Positions 17,920 through 27,069 of a stretch of 34,998 bases of DNA are shown here, piece by piece. This DNA comes from Rhodospirillaceae bacterium. GTDB lineage: Bacteria; Pseudomonadota; Alphaproteobacteria; MPNO01; UBA830. Made by a program: the position numbers and the translations under genes. A model generated the notes under the pieces. That model ran no database searches and was not told where the DNA came from. It saw nothing but the letters and a program-made list of their open reading frames with translations. Where the stretch lies: the NCBI GenBank assembly GCA_038120765.1, contig JAYOMI010000007.1, positions 28,873-63,870 on the forward strand. Direction: 5' to 3'. The first letter of the stretch is position 1; each line of letters starts with the position of its first letter.

Positions 17920-18939
17920 TTAGCGTGTGGTGACGATAACGTCGACCCGGTCAGGCGGCCCGCCTTCGGATTTGTTCCCGAGAGCCCGCACATCGACCCG
18001 AGTGCTACGCACGCCTTCCTTGATCAGGTGCGAACGGACGGCAAGCGCCCGCGACAGGGACATCCGCCGGGCCTGGCTCGGCGTTTGCGCGCTGCCGCCC
18101 GAAAAGGCCAGAAGCTGGATGCGCAATGTCTCGTCGCTCTTGAGCGATTTCGCAATGTTGTCGAGCTGCTCCGCGGCGGCTTTTTCGACCGCGGCCTCGC
18201 CGGCGCCGAACATCAGCCGGAACTGCTGCCCGGCATTCAGTTTTCCGCCGGTCGCCGGGGCCGATCTCAGCGCGGCTGTCTGTGTCGGGGGCGTTTGTGC
18301 GGCGGGCGACGGGTCCGGCCGCGTCGCCGGTATTGCGGGCGGGGCAGGTGGCGGCGCCGGAGGCGGCGGCGCTGGCGGGACACTGGCTATGCCCGACGGC
18401 GCAGTCGGCGGCGAAACGGGCAGGGGCGGCGTGCCCGCACGCTCCGGAATGGCGGGGGGCGACGGTACTGTGGGCGGCGCCGGGGGCTTCGCCGCCATCG
18501 CCGGAGGGGCAGGGGGCGTGACGCGCGGCGCGGCGGGTTTGGCGACAGGCCGCGGTTGCGTGGTTCGCGCAGGTGCCGGGCGGGCGGTCGCGGCAGGCCG
18601 CATCTGCGACGGCGGTTTCAGCGTCAGGCCGCTGGAGTCCGGCGCACCGTTACTGTTTGGCATCGCGGGCGCGGCCAGCGCAAACCGGGCGCCGCTGTTC
18701 TGGCGGGTATTCGGCATCAGCAGCGAGCGAACGCCCGGCCGAAGCAGTTGCGGCACATTCTGAGGCGTGCCAAGCGAATCGAGCACGCTGAGATCGACTG
18801 TTACCGACCCTGCGTCGCGTTGTGCCTGCGCCGTCGGGGCGACAAGTCCGGTGGTCAGGAGAGCGAGTGCCGCCGCGGTGAAAGCGCGCGGTGCAGCGGC
18901 CGCTAAGTGCCGCCCAAATCTGGAAGCCATCATTTCCAA
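17920..18939 (-). CDS. Exported Pro-rich protein with C-terminal OmpA-like domain
   Basis: Signal-peptide-like segment ending in AQA, a Pro/Ala-rich linker, and ARRMSLSRALAVRSHL..G and DRVDV motifs. Confidence 0.82.
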   Translation of the reverse strand: MEMMASRFGRHLAAAAPRAFTAAALALLTTGLVAPTAQAQRDAGSVTVDLSVLDSLGTPQNVPQLLRPGVRSLLMPNTRQNSGARFALAAPAMPNSNGAPDSSGLTLKPPSQMRPAATARPAPARTTQPRPVAKPAAPRVTPPAPPAMAAKPPAPPTVPSPPAIPERAGTPPLPVSPPTAPSGIASVPPAPPPPAPPPAPPAIPATRPDPSPAAQTPPTQTAALRSAPATGGKLNAGQQFRLMFGAGEAAVEKAAAEQLDNIAKSLKSDETLRIQLLAFSGGSAQTPSQARRMSLSRALAVRSHLIKEGVRSTRVDVRALGNKSEGGPPDRVDVIVTTR

Positions 18940-19064
18940 CCCGAATAATGAACGCGTAACCGGGCCTGATGCGGAGGCGCCGGACAGGGCAACATAACCG
19001 AGAGCGGGTGCGGCGACAACCGCTTTGGCGTGGCGTTAAGCAAGCAACCCATTGAAATAACGGG

Positions 19065-19886
19065 TCAATCGCTGAGCTTTAGCCCTTCGTTGCGGACCGC
19101 TTCCATCAGCATTTTTCGCAGCGGGTCATAAAGCTGCTGGTTTGCGGCAAGAATGGACTCGCCGTACAGCATGTTGTCGCGCCCGTCGATCTGGCTGACC
19201 AGCCCGCCGGCCTCACGGACGATCACGATGCCGCCTGCGATATCCCACGGTGAAAGCGCCGTTTCCCAGAAACCTTCATAACGTCCGGCCGCGACATATG
19301 CGAGGTCGAGCGCCGCGGAGCCCTGGCGGCGGACGCCGGCGGTGCGGCTCATCACGGCATTGAGCATGGCGGAGAAGGATTTCTTGCCGGGCCGGTTACC
19401 GAAAGGAATGCCTGTCGCGAGCAGCGCATCGCGCATATCGCTGCGTCCGGAGACCCGCAGGCGCTGTCGGTTCAGATAGGCGCCTTCATTGCGTTCCGCC
19501 CAGAAAACCTCGTCCCGGACAGGCTCGTAAACCATCCCGGCGATCAGTTCCTTTTCCCGCTCGACAGCGATGGAGATCGCAAAATGCGGAATCCCGTGGA
19601 GGAAATTCGTCGTCCCGTCGATCGGATCGATAATCCAGCGCTCGCTCGCGTTGTCGCCCTCGATCGCGCCGCCTTCTTCCATCAGGAAGCCGAAACCCGG
19701 ACGCGCCTTGTGCAGTTCCTCGTGCAGGATCTGTTCGGTGCGCTTGTCCGCTTCGGACACGAAATCGCCGGGCCCCTTGCGGGAAACCTGAAGCTGCTCG
19801 ACCTCGCCGAAATCGCGCATCAGCAGGCGCGATGCCTTGCGGGCGGCGTTGTTCATCACATTGATCAGGGGGGTCGGCATCGACAT
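19065..19886 (-). CDS. suhB: Inositol monophosphatase / Nus factor SuhB
   Basis: RDFGEVE.LQVS.KGPGDFVS, WIIDPIDGTTNF, GSAALDLAYVAAGR and WDIAGG motifs. Confidence 0.95.
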   Translation of the reverse strand: MSMPTPLINVMNNAARKASRLLMRDFGEVEQLQVSRKGPGDFVSEADKRTEQILHEELHKARPGFGFLMEEGGAIEGDNASERWIIDPIDGTTNFLHGIPHFAISIAVEREKELIAGMVYEPVRDEVFWAERNEGAYLNRQRLRVSGRSDMRDALLATGIPFGNRPGKKSFSAMLNAVMSRTAGVRRQGSAALDLAYVAAGRYEGFWETALSPWDIAGGIVIVREAGGLVSQIDGRDNMLYGESILAANQQLYDPLRKMLMEAVRNEGLKLSD

Positions 19887-19951
19887 TGCGTTTCAGGCTT
19901 TCCTGCAATACCGGGCCTGTATTTTCAGGCATGCCGGCAGATGGAGCGGTA

Positions 19952-20518
19952 TCAGTCCTTGGCGCGCTCGACGTAGGACGAATCTTCGGTGTTCACGACG
20001 ATCCGCGTGCCGGCTTCGATATGCGGCGGGACCATCACGCGGACGCTGTTCTCGACAACGGCGGGCTTGTAGGAAGACGACGCGGTCTGTCCTTTGACCA
20101 CCGGGTCCGCTTCGATCACTTCCATCGTGACATGCTGTGGCAGTTTCGCGCCGGCGACAACGCCGTCGATCAGTTCCGCAACGACAACCATGCCGTCCTG
20201 GAGAAACGCGGCGGAATCCCCGATGACATCCCTGTCGAGCGAGAACTGTTCATAGGATTCGCTGTCCATGAACATCATCTTGTCGTCTTCGGCGTACAGA
20301 TACGTCGCGTCCTTTTCCTCGACCATCAGCTTTTCGACGGTTTCCGCCGTCCGGAACCGCTCGTTGGTCTTGTTGCCGGACTTCAGATCGCGCATTTCGA
20401 CCTGGATAAAGGCATTGCCCTTGCCGGGCAGCAAAATCTCGGTTTTGAGCACGCGCCATTGCTTGTCGCCGTACTCGATGACGTTGCCGGGTCGAATGGT
20501 ATTGGCCTGGATCTTCAT
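19952..20518 (-). CDS. efp: Elongation factor P
   Basis: PGKG loop, FMD.ESYEQ, KGQTASSSYKPA, VPPHI and YVERA motifs. Confidence 0.97.
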   Translation of the reverse strand: MKIQANTIRPGNVIEYGDKQWRVLKTEILLPGKGNAFIQVEMRDLKSGNKTNERFRTAETVEKLMVEEKDATYLYAEDDKMMFMDSESYEQFSLDRDVIGDSAAFLQDGMVVVAELIDGVVAGAKLPQHVTMEVIEADPVVKGQTASSSYKPAVVENSVRVMVPPHIEAGTRIVVNTEDSSYVERAKD

Positions 20519-20615
20519 CCTGCAGTTCCGCTTTGAAAGTTTTCCGGGTAAGGGCGGCGGAAACTATCAGCTTGCCCCGGAATAGGCAATCGCATCGGTA
20601 TCGCTGAAACCGGGG

Positions 20616-21680
20616 TTATTTATCGACGTAATCGTGCGTTTCGCCGCGGAAATCGCGCAGTTTCCATGTTTTGCCTGGCGACCCGGCAGATGACCCCGGC
20701 GGAGCGTCCGATGGCGCAAGGCCCGCGACGGGCGTTTTGCCGTGCCCGCCCGGAATATCGACCACATAGGTCGGCTGGCACAGGCCGGAAATATTGCCCC
20801 GCAGCCCGGCAACCAGCGCCTGTCCTTCTGCCAGCGTCAGGCGGAATTTTGCGGTCCCGCGGGCCCGGTCCGGATGGTGCAGGTAATAGGGTTTGATCTT
20901 GAGCGCAATCAGGCGGCGCATCAGGTCGGTCAGGACCCCGATGCTGTCATTCACGCCCTTCAGCAGAACCGTCTGCGACAGCAGCGGGATGCCGGCCCGG
21001 GTCAACCTGTCGCAGGCGGCGGCGACATCGTTCGTCAGTTCGTTCGCATGGTTGGTGTGCAGTGCCATCCAGACAGGCATGTCCGACGTCAGGGCGGCGA
21101 TCAGCCCGTCGGTTACGCGGCCGGGGAGGACGACCGGCACCCGTGTGTGGATGCGCAGGTTGTTGAGGTGCGGAATGCTGTTCAGGCGGGCAACGATGCC
21201 GGCCAGGCGCGCGTCGGACAGCGACAGCGGATCGCCGCCGGTCAGGATGACTTCGCGGATGCCGGGATGATCTTCGATATAGCGGAAAGCGATGTCCAGA
21301 TCGTCCGCTGTCGGCGCGCCGGCCGCCCGCCCCACGCGGTCGCGGCGAAAGCAGTAGCGGCAATAGACCGGGCAGGCGAGGGTCGGCATCAGCAGCACGC
21401 GGTCGGGATAGCGATGGACGAGTCCGCGCACCGGCGAGTGGGTCTCGTCGCCGATCGGGTCTTCCAGTTCGTCGTCGCGCCGGACCAGCTCTGCCGGGTC
21501 GGGCACGAACTGTCGGGCGATGGGATCGTCCGGATTCGACCGGTCTATAAGCGCCGCAAGTCCCGCCGGCACCGCGATGCTGTATTCGGCACCGACGGCA
21601 TCCAGCGCCGCGATTTCCGATTCGGCGGTGAGCCCGGCCCGGAACAGGTCGGTGCCCGAGCGCAGCGTGGCGGATTTCAT
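20616..21680 (-). CDS. epmB: Lysine 2,3-aminomutase-like EF-P beta-lysylation protein
   Basis: HRYPDRVLL, CPVYCRYCFRR, LTGGDPL, QTVLLKGVND and DIPGGHGK motifs; lies between efp and epmA. Confidence 0.92.
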   Translation of the reverse strand: MKSATLRSGTDLFRAGLTAESEIAALDAVGAEYSIAVPAGLAALIDRSNPDDPIARQFVPDPAELVRRDDELEDPIGDETHSPVRGLVHRYPDRVLLMPTLACPVYCRYCFRRDRVGRAAGAPTADDLDIAFRYIEDHPGIREVILTGGDPLSLSDARLAGIVARLNSIPHLNNLRIHTRVPVVLPGRVTDGLIAALTSDMPVWMALHTNHANELTNDVAAACDRLTRAGIPLLSQTVLLKGVNDSIGVLTDLMRRLIALKIKPYYLHHPDRARGTAKFRLTLAEGQALVAGLRGNISGLCQPTYVVDIPGGHGKTPVAGLAPSDAPPGSSAGSPGKTWKLRDFRGETHDYVDK

Positions 21681-21754
21681 GGCGCGCAGACCGGAATGGG
21701 CATGGTCGATGACAAAGGTGACGTTCCCTGTGTTGATGGGGCATTATCGCCGCC

Positions 21755-22828
21755 ATGAAAAATTACGAAACCCCGTCCGAAAATCCCGCCGCCCGCACCG
21801 CCTGGTGGCATCCCGACCGTTTCGAAGACCGGGCGGATGCTCTCGTCCGCCGCGCCGACATGGTCAAATCCGTCCGCGAGTTCTTCGACCGGCGCGGCTA
21901 TGTCGAGGTCGAAACGCCCGTGCTGCAGGTCTCGCCGGGTATGGAGCCGCATCTGACGGCGTTCGAAACCTCGCTCGGCGAGCCCCATGGCGCGCGCCGG
22001 CCGGTCTATCTGCATACCTCGCCCGAATTCGCGATGAAAAAACTGCTGGCGGCGGGGATGCAGCGGATTTTCCAGCTTGCCCGCGTTTTCCGCGACGGCG
22101 AGCGCTCGGCCCGGCACCATCCCGAATTCACCATGCTCGAATGGTACCGCACCGGCGCGGACTGGCGGGATATCGCCGAAGAGGCCGCCGCGTTCATATG
22201 TGCCGCCTGCGGTCCGGTCGCACGGCGCGGCGATGTGATCTGCGATCTCGGCAAGCCGTGGGAATTCCTGTCGGTGCAGGCAGCGTTCGAGCGCTATGCC
22301 GGGATCGACCTGCTGGCGACGGCGGAGGATCCGCTGAACCCGGATACGGACATGCTGTGCATGTATGCCGACGGGCTCGGCGTGCGCACGGCGGCCAACG
22401 ATACCTGGGAGGATATCTTCTTTCGCATCTATCTCGACCGGATCGAGCCCAATCTCGGAATCGGCACCGCGACCGTGCTGCATTCCTATCCGGCGTCGAT
22501 GGCGGCGCTGGCGCGGCTGTCGCCGGAAGACGGGCGCGTCTCCGACCGGTTCGAGATATTTATCTGCGGGCTCGAACTCGCCAACGGATATGGCGAACTC
22601 ACCGATGCCGCGGAACAGCGGACACGGTTCGCCGCGATGACGGCGCAGCGCGTTGCCGAGGGCCGCGCGCCCTATCCGGTGGATGAGGATTTTCTGGCAG
22701 CGCTGGAAAGCGGCATCCCCGACTGCGCCGGCATTGCGCTCGGCTTCGACCGGCTGGTGATGCTGGCCACCGGGGCGGAACGGATCGAGGATGTGCTGTG
22801 GGCGCCGGTGGCAGATGCCGGCGTCTGA
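21755..22828 (+). CDS. epmA: EF-P lysine aminoacylase (GenX/PoxA)
   Basis: VETP.L, YLHTSPEFAMKKLLAAG, HHPEFTMLEWYR, ELANGYGEL and GIALGFDRL motifs; no anticodon-binding domain. Confidence 0.95.
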   Translation: MKNYETPSENPAARTAWWHPDRFEDRADALVRRADMVKSVREFFDRRGYVEVETPVLQVSPGMEPHLTAFETSLGEPHGARRPVYLHTSPEFAMKKLLAAGMQRIFQLARVFRDGERSARHHPEFTMLEWYRTGADWRDIAEEAAAFICAACGPVARRGDVICDLGKPWEFLSVQAAFERYAGIDLLATAEDPLNPDTDMLCMYADGLGVRTAANDTWEDIFFRIYLDRIEPNLGIGTATVLHSYPASMAALARLSPEDGRVSDRFEIFICGLELANGYGELTDAAEQRTRFAAMTAQRVAEGRAPYPVDEDFLAALESGIPDCAGIALGFDRLVMLATGAERIEDVLWAPVADAGV

Positions 22829-22863
22829 TCCCGACGTTTGACGCGGTTGTTTGACAACGAAGC

Positions 22864-23502
22864 CTAACCGGCCATTTTTTCGTTGAACGCCTTTACCGCG
22901 GCTGCGGGGCCGTCTTTGTAGTTCCAGACACCGCCGCCGACGGCGAGGAAATCCGCGCCGGCCTCGATAATCGTCTCGCAGTTTTCGACCGTGATTCCGC
23001 CGATCGCGACACAGGGGACAACCATCATTTCCTGCCACCAGGTCAGAATTTCGGTATCCGCAGGGATGGTGATCTGTTTGGTCGTGGACGGAAAGAACGC
23101 GCCGAAGGCGACGTAATCGGCGCCGCGTTCGCCCGCTTCGAAGGCCAGGTCGCGGTCGGCCTTGCAGGTGACGCCGACGATGGCCTCGTTCCCCATAATC
23201 CGCCTTGCTTCGTCATAGGGAGTGTCTTCCTGGCCTATATGGACGCCGTCGCATCCCGTCTCGGCGGCGAGATCGGCACGGTCGTTCAGGATAAAGGCGA
23301 CATCGCGATCCTGCGCGACGGGTCGCAGGACGTCACAGGCGCGCCGGATGTCGTCGTCCGACACGTCTTTCAGGCGAAGCTGGATGCAGGCGACGTCGCC
23401 CGCATCCAGCGCCGCTGTCAGGATTTCTGCAAAGGCTTCCGGTCCCCCCGCGTCGAAAGACGGCGGGGTGATCAGGTAGAGCTGGCAGGATTCGGCGCGA
23501 AT
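22864..23502 (-). CDS. thiE: Thiamine-phosphate synthase (ThiE family), apparent ATT start
   Basis: [42 protein letters not shown] and VAIGGIT motifs. The only start-like codon after the fbaB stop is ATT at 23502. Confidence 0.88.
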   Translation of the reverse strand: MRAESCQLYLITPPSFDAGGPEAFAEILTAALDAGDVACIQLRLKDVSDDDIRRACDVLRPVAQDRDVAFILNDRADLAAETGCDGVHIGQEDTPYDEARRIMGNEAIVGVTCKADRDLAFEAGERGADYVAFGAFFPSTTKQITIPADTEILTWWQEMMVVPCVAIGGITVENCETIIEAGADFLAVGGGVWNYKDGPAAAVKAFNEKMAG

Positions 23503-23506
23503 GGGG

Positions 23507-24427
23507 TTACGCCTTGCCCTGATAGATCTTGATGATCTCGCCCAGCATCGCCAGCGCCTCTTCCTTCGGACGCTGGAAGGTGTTGCGACCGATGATCGAT
23601 CCGTTGCCGCCGCCGTCGCGGATGGCCTTGGCTTCGGCATAGATGCCTTTCAGGTCCTTCGCTTCGCCGCCGGAGAACACGACAATGCGCCGGCCGTTGA
23701 AGCAGGACTGCACGACATGCTCGATCCGCTGGGTCAACGTCTTTACGGGAATCTTTTGGTCCTTGTAGACCTTCTTCGCGGGGTCCAGGAACAGGGCATC
23801 CGTCGGCGGTTTGACCTTGATGATATGCGCGCCCATCAACGCGGCCATATGCGCCGCATAGGCGCAGATATCCATCGCGGTTTCGCCTTCCTTGGTCACC
23901 ATGCCGCCGCGCGGATAGGACCACAGGACAACGGCGAGACCCACGGACTTTGCTTCTTCCGCCAGCTCGCGGATCTCTTCCATCAGTTCGAACTGGTATT
24001 CGGAACCGGGATAGATCGTGAACCCGATCGCGGCGCAGCCGAGGCGCAGCGCATCGTTGACCGACGCGGTGACGGCCTGGTCTTTTTCGGTCGCCAGCGA
24101 ATTGGCGGAATTGCATTTGAGGATCGTCGGGATCGCGCCCGCGAATGTGTCGGCGCCCGCTTCGAGCATGCCGAGCGGGGCCGCATAGGCCGACAGGCCG
24201 GCATCGACGGCGAGCTGGTAATGGTAGTGCGGGTCGTACCCTGCGGGATTGGGCGCAAAGCTGCGCGCCGGGCCGTGCTCGAAGCCCTGGTCGACGGGGA
24301 GGATGACGAGCTTGCCGGTGCCGCCCAGTTTTCCCTCCATCAATATCCGCGCCAGATTCCCCTTTGTTCCGGGATTGTCACTTTCGTAACCGGCTAGAAT
24401 TTTTTTGACTTTCTGACTGACGCGCAT
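23507..24427 (-). CDS. fbaB: Class I fructose-bisphosphate aldolase (DhnA/FbaB type)
   Basis: [26 protein letters not shown] (Schiff-base Lys), FSGG and GSIIGRN motifs; ATG 24427 with SD GAGG. Confidence 0.93.
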   Translation of the reverse strand: MRVSQKVKKILAGYESDNPGTKGNLARILMEGKLGGTGKLVILPVDQGFEHGPARSFAPNPAGYDPHYHYQLAVDAGLSAYAAPLGMLEAGADTFAGAIPTILKCNSANSLATEKDQAVTASVNDALRLGCAAIGFTIYPGSEYQFELMEEIRELAEEAKSVGLAVVLWSYPRGGMVTKEGETAMDICAYAAHMAALMGAHIIKVKPPTDALFLDPAKKVYKDQKIPVKTLTQRIEHVVQSCFNGRRIVVFSGGEAKDLKGIYAEAKAIRDGGGNGSIIGRNTFQRPKEEALAMLGEIIKIYQGKA

Positions 24428-24644
24428 GTTCGGATTCCTCGATTGATAGGTTGCCACTGCTTAGCGTAAAGGCGCGGGCAATTCAATCGGTCGATTGGAC
24501 GCCGGGGGCGGAATTCCGGGGTTTTCAATGGGCGCGGATGGGGCGATTCGGGCCGAAGCCGGGGCATAACGGGCCGGTTGACGTGGCTTTGATGGGCATC
24601 GTATGGTGCAAAAACAACGAAAAATCGGCGGTTTACGCGCTTTC

Positions 24645-24887
24645 ATGTCGAAACTGGATGAAGCAGAACAGCGCTTGCAGCGCGCAGTCGCAGGACTGGA
24701 GGAAGCGGCACGGGCCGTTGCGTCTTCGTCAACGGCGACGGCAACTGCGTCCGCACCCGATCCCGCGGTCGCGGCGGAGCTTGCAGCGGCGCAGGCGCGC
24801 ACCACCGAACTGGAACAGGCGAACAAAGCTGTCGCCCAACGTCTCGACGGCGCAATCGCGCGGATCAAGACAATACTGGAAGACTGA
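24645..24887 (+). CDS. Small coiled-coil protein upstream of zapA (ZauP/DUF4164-like)
   Basis: MSKLDEAEQRLQRAVAGLE...VAQRLDGAIARIKTILED; ends 1 nt before zapA. Confidence 0.8.
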   Translation: MSKLDEAEQRLQRAVAGLEEAARAVASSSTATATASAPDPAVAAELAAAQARTTELEQANKAVAQRLDGAIARIKTILED

Positions 24888-24888
24888 C

Positions 24889-25239
24889 ATGCCGCAGGTC
24901 GATGTCGCCGTTAACGGACGAACCTACCAGATTGCCTGCGGGGACGGGGAAGAGGCGCACCTGGCCCAGCTTGGCGAATATGTTGACCGGCGGGTCAAGG
25001 AGCTTGTCGCCGCCGTCGGCCAGGTCGGCGATTCCCGTTTGCTGGTGATGGTCTCGCTCATGATCGCCGACGAGCTTGCTGAGACCTATGCCGAGCTGAA
25101 AAAAACCAAAACCGAGGCCGAATCGGCCGTTTCGCCGCAACAGCTTGAAGACCGCGTCGCCGAAATTGTCGATGCTGTGGCGGCACGGATAGAAGCCGCG
25201 ACGGCGGGCCTGGGGGGCGGCGCGCCCGCCGCCGACTAA
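24889..25239 (+). CDS. zapA: Cell division protein ZapA
   Basis: MPQVDVAVNGRTYQIACGDGEEAHL...GQVGDSRLLVM.SL.IADEL; true start ATG 24889. Confidence 0.95.
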   Translation: MPQVDVAVNGRTYQIACGDGEEAHLAQLGEYVDRRVKELVAAVGQVGDSRLLVMVSLMIADELAETYAELKKTKTEAESAVSPQQLEDRVAEIVDAVAARIEAATAGLGGGAPAAD

Positions 25240-25361
25240 GCCGCAATTGCCGCCCTCGGGATGCGATCTTTCACGGAGGATCGCGGTCCGGTTTTTCTGT
25301 CGGCAGTTTAAACTTGTTTATCCATTAGGAGTTTACAATTTATACACTAGGATGCGTTCCT

Positions 25362-25520
25362 GGCGGGGCTGTCCGGTGCGATGGGTCTCTACATCCCTGG
25401 GGCCAATACATCTCTCTCGGGAGCTGTCTCTGCGGGGATCTTGGTCTCAGCACGCGGCACCCACCTGTCTCGTACAGGCCACAGAGGATAACATAGACTG
25501 CCGGCTGTGATGGCTCCGCC
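25362..25520 (+). ncRNA. ssrS: 6S RNA
   Basis: Pairing termini GGCGGGGC/GCTCCGCC; alphaproteobacterial 6S blocks ATCCCTGGGGCC, GGGAGCTGTC and GGCACCCACCT; canonical zapA-ssrS-ygfA position. Confidence 0.9.
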
Positions 25521-25610
25521 GCCCGCGCTTTGCAGCTTTCGCGCTTCACAGCCCCGCGGGTTTCACAGCTCCCGGGCTTCAAAGCCAACTTATTTTTCCG
25601 GAACCCCGAC

Positions 25611-26207
25611 GTGACATCCGACCATATCCCTTTCGCCGCCGCCAAGCAGGCCCGGCGCGCAGAAGGCGCAAACCCCCCCCCGGCGGTTTACGCAGGCCGC
25701 CGCGAAATCGCGGGGGCCGCGCGGCCGCACCGCTTGGTCGCGGCATTTGCCGGAAAGCTGTCCGGAGCCGTGGTGTCGCTCTACTGGCCGATGCGCGACG
25801 AGGTTGACGTGCGCGACCTCATCGATGCGCTTGCCGCCGAGGGCGCGCGGACGGCCTTGCCGGTCATGTCGGGGCGGGACGCAGCGCTCGTGTTCCGCGA
25901 GTGGCGCACCGGCGATGCGCTGGCGCCGGGGACCTTCGGCGTCCACGAACCGGCCGCGGACGCCCGGATTCTTGTGCCCGACATCGTGGTGGCGCCGCTG
26001 CTTGCGTTCGATGCCGCCGGCAACCGCCTCGGCTATGGCGGGGGCTATTACGACCGCTCGCTCCGCGCCCTGCGCGCGGGCGGCGACGTTGTTGCCGTCG
26101 GCGTCGGCTATGACGAACAGGAAATTTCATCCGTCCCGGGGCATACGGGCGACGAGATTCTCGATATGATTATCACCGACCGGCGCACTCTTCGCGTCGG
26201 CAAGTAA
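25611..26207 (+). CDS. ygfA: 5-formyltetrahydrofolate cyclo-ligase
   Basis: YWPMRDE and PLLAFDAAGNRLGYGGGYYDR motifs. GTG start at 25611 is tentative and the N-terminus looks degraded. Confidence 0.9.
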   Translation: MTSDHIPFAAAKQARRAEGANPPPAVYAGRREIAGAARPHRLVAAFAGKLSGAVVSLYWPMRDEVDVRDLIDALAAEGARTALPVMSGRDAALVFREWRTGDALAPGTFGVHEPAADARILVPDIVVAPLLAFDAAGNRLGYGGGYYDRSLRALRAGGDVVAVGVGYDEQEISSVPGHTGDEILDMIITDRRTLRVGK

Positions 26208-26221
26208 GGAAGTTATTATCT

Positions 26222-27046
26222 ATGCGTGTTCTGTTATGCGGCGATGTGGTCGGGCGGACCGGGCGCAAGGCCGTGGTCAAGTACGTCCCCATGCTGCGCG
26301 ACCGCTACGGCCTCGATTTCGTGATCGTCAATGGCGAGAACGCGGCAGGCGGGTTCGGCATCACGCCGAAGATCTGCGACGAATTCTACGGCGTCGGCGT
26401 CGATGTGATCACCACGGGCAATCACGTCTGGGACCAGCGAGATATCATTCCCCATTTCGACCGGGAGCCGCGGATTTTGCGGCCCGATAACTTCCCCGCC
26501 GGCACGCCGGGACGGGGGGTCGCCGAATTCAGGGACGCGCGCGGACGGCGCATCGTCGTGATGCACCTGATGGCGCGGCTGTTCATGGATCCGCTGGACG
26601 ATCCGTTCGCGGCGATCACGGCGATGCTCAATACCTGGCGGCTCGGCGCGAATGCCGATGCCATCATTCTCGATTTCCACGGCGAGGCATCGAGCGAGAA
26701 AATGGCGATGGGTCATTTCGTTGACGGCAAGGTATCCGTGGTCGTCGGCACCCACACCCATGTGCCGACAGCGGATGCGCAGGTTTTCCCGGGCGGCACC
26801 GCCTACCAGACCGATCTCGGCATGTGCGGCGACTACGATTCCGTCATCGGCATCCGCAAGGAAATCTCGGTCGAGCGCTTCGTGCGCAAGATGCCCACGG
26901 CACGGATGGAAGCGGCGGCGGAGGAAGCCACGTTGTGCGCCGTTCTGGTCGATATCGACGACGGCACCGGGCTGGCAACCGATATCCGCCCGATCCGTAC
27001 CGGCGGTCGGTTGCGCGGGGAGATGCCGGAACAGGCCGTCTCCTGA
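26222..27046 (+). CDS. ymdB: YmdB/TIGR00282 family metallophosphoesterase
   Basis: GDVVG, NGENAAGG, GNHVWD, DFHGEASSEK, GTHTHV and TDLGMCG motifs. Confidence 0.93.
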   Translation: MRVLLCGDVVGRTGRKAVVKYVPMLRDRYGLDFVIVNGENAAGGFGITPKICDEFYGVGVDVITTGNHVWDQRDIIPHFDREPRILRPDNFPAGTPGRGVAEFRDARGRRIVVMHLMARLFMDPLDDPFAAITAMLNTWRLGANADAIILDFHGEASSEKMAMGHFVDGKVSVVVGTHTHVPTADAQVFPGGTAYQTDLGMCGDYDSVIGIRKEISVERFVRKMPTARMEAAAEEATLCAVLVDIDDGTGLATDIRPIRTGGRLRGEMPEQAVS

Positions 27047-27069
27047 ACCGCCGCGGGTGACCGGCTGCG

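Noticed and set aside
19887-19951. boxA-type Nus autoregulatory element in the suhB leader
   Set aside because: No GYTCTTTAA-like sequence; only a weak hairpin.
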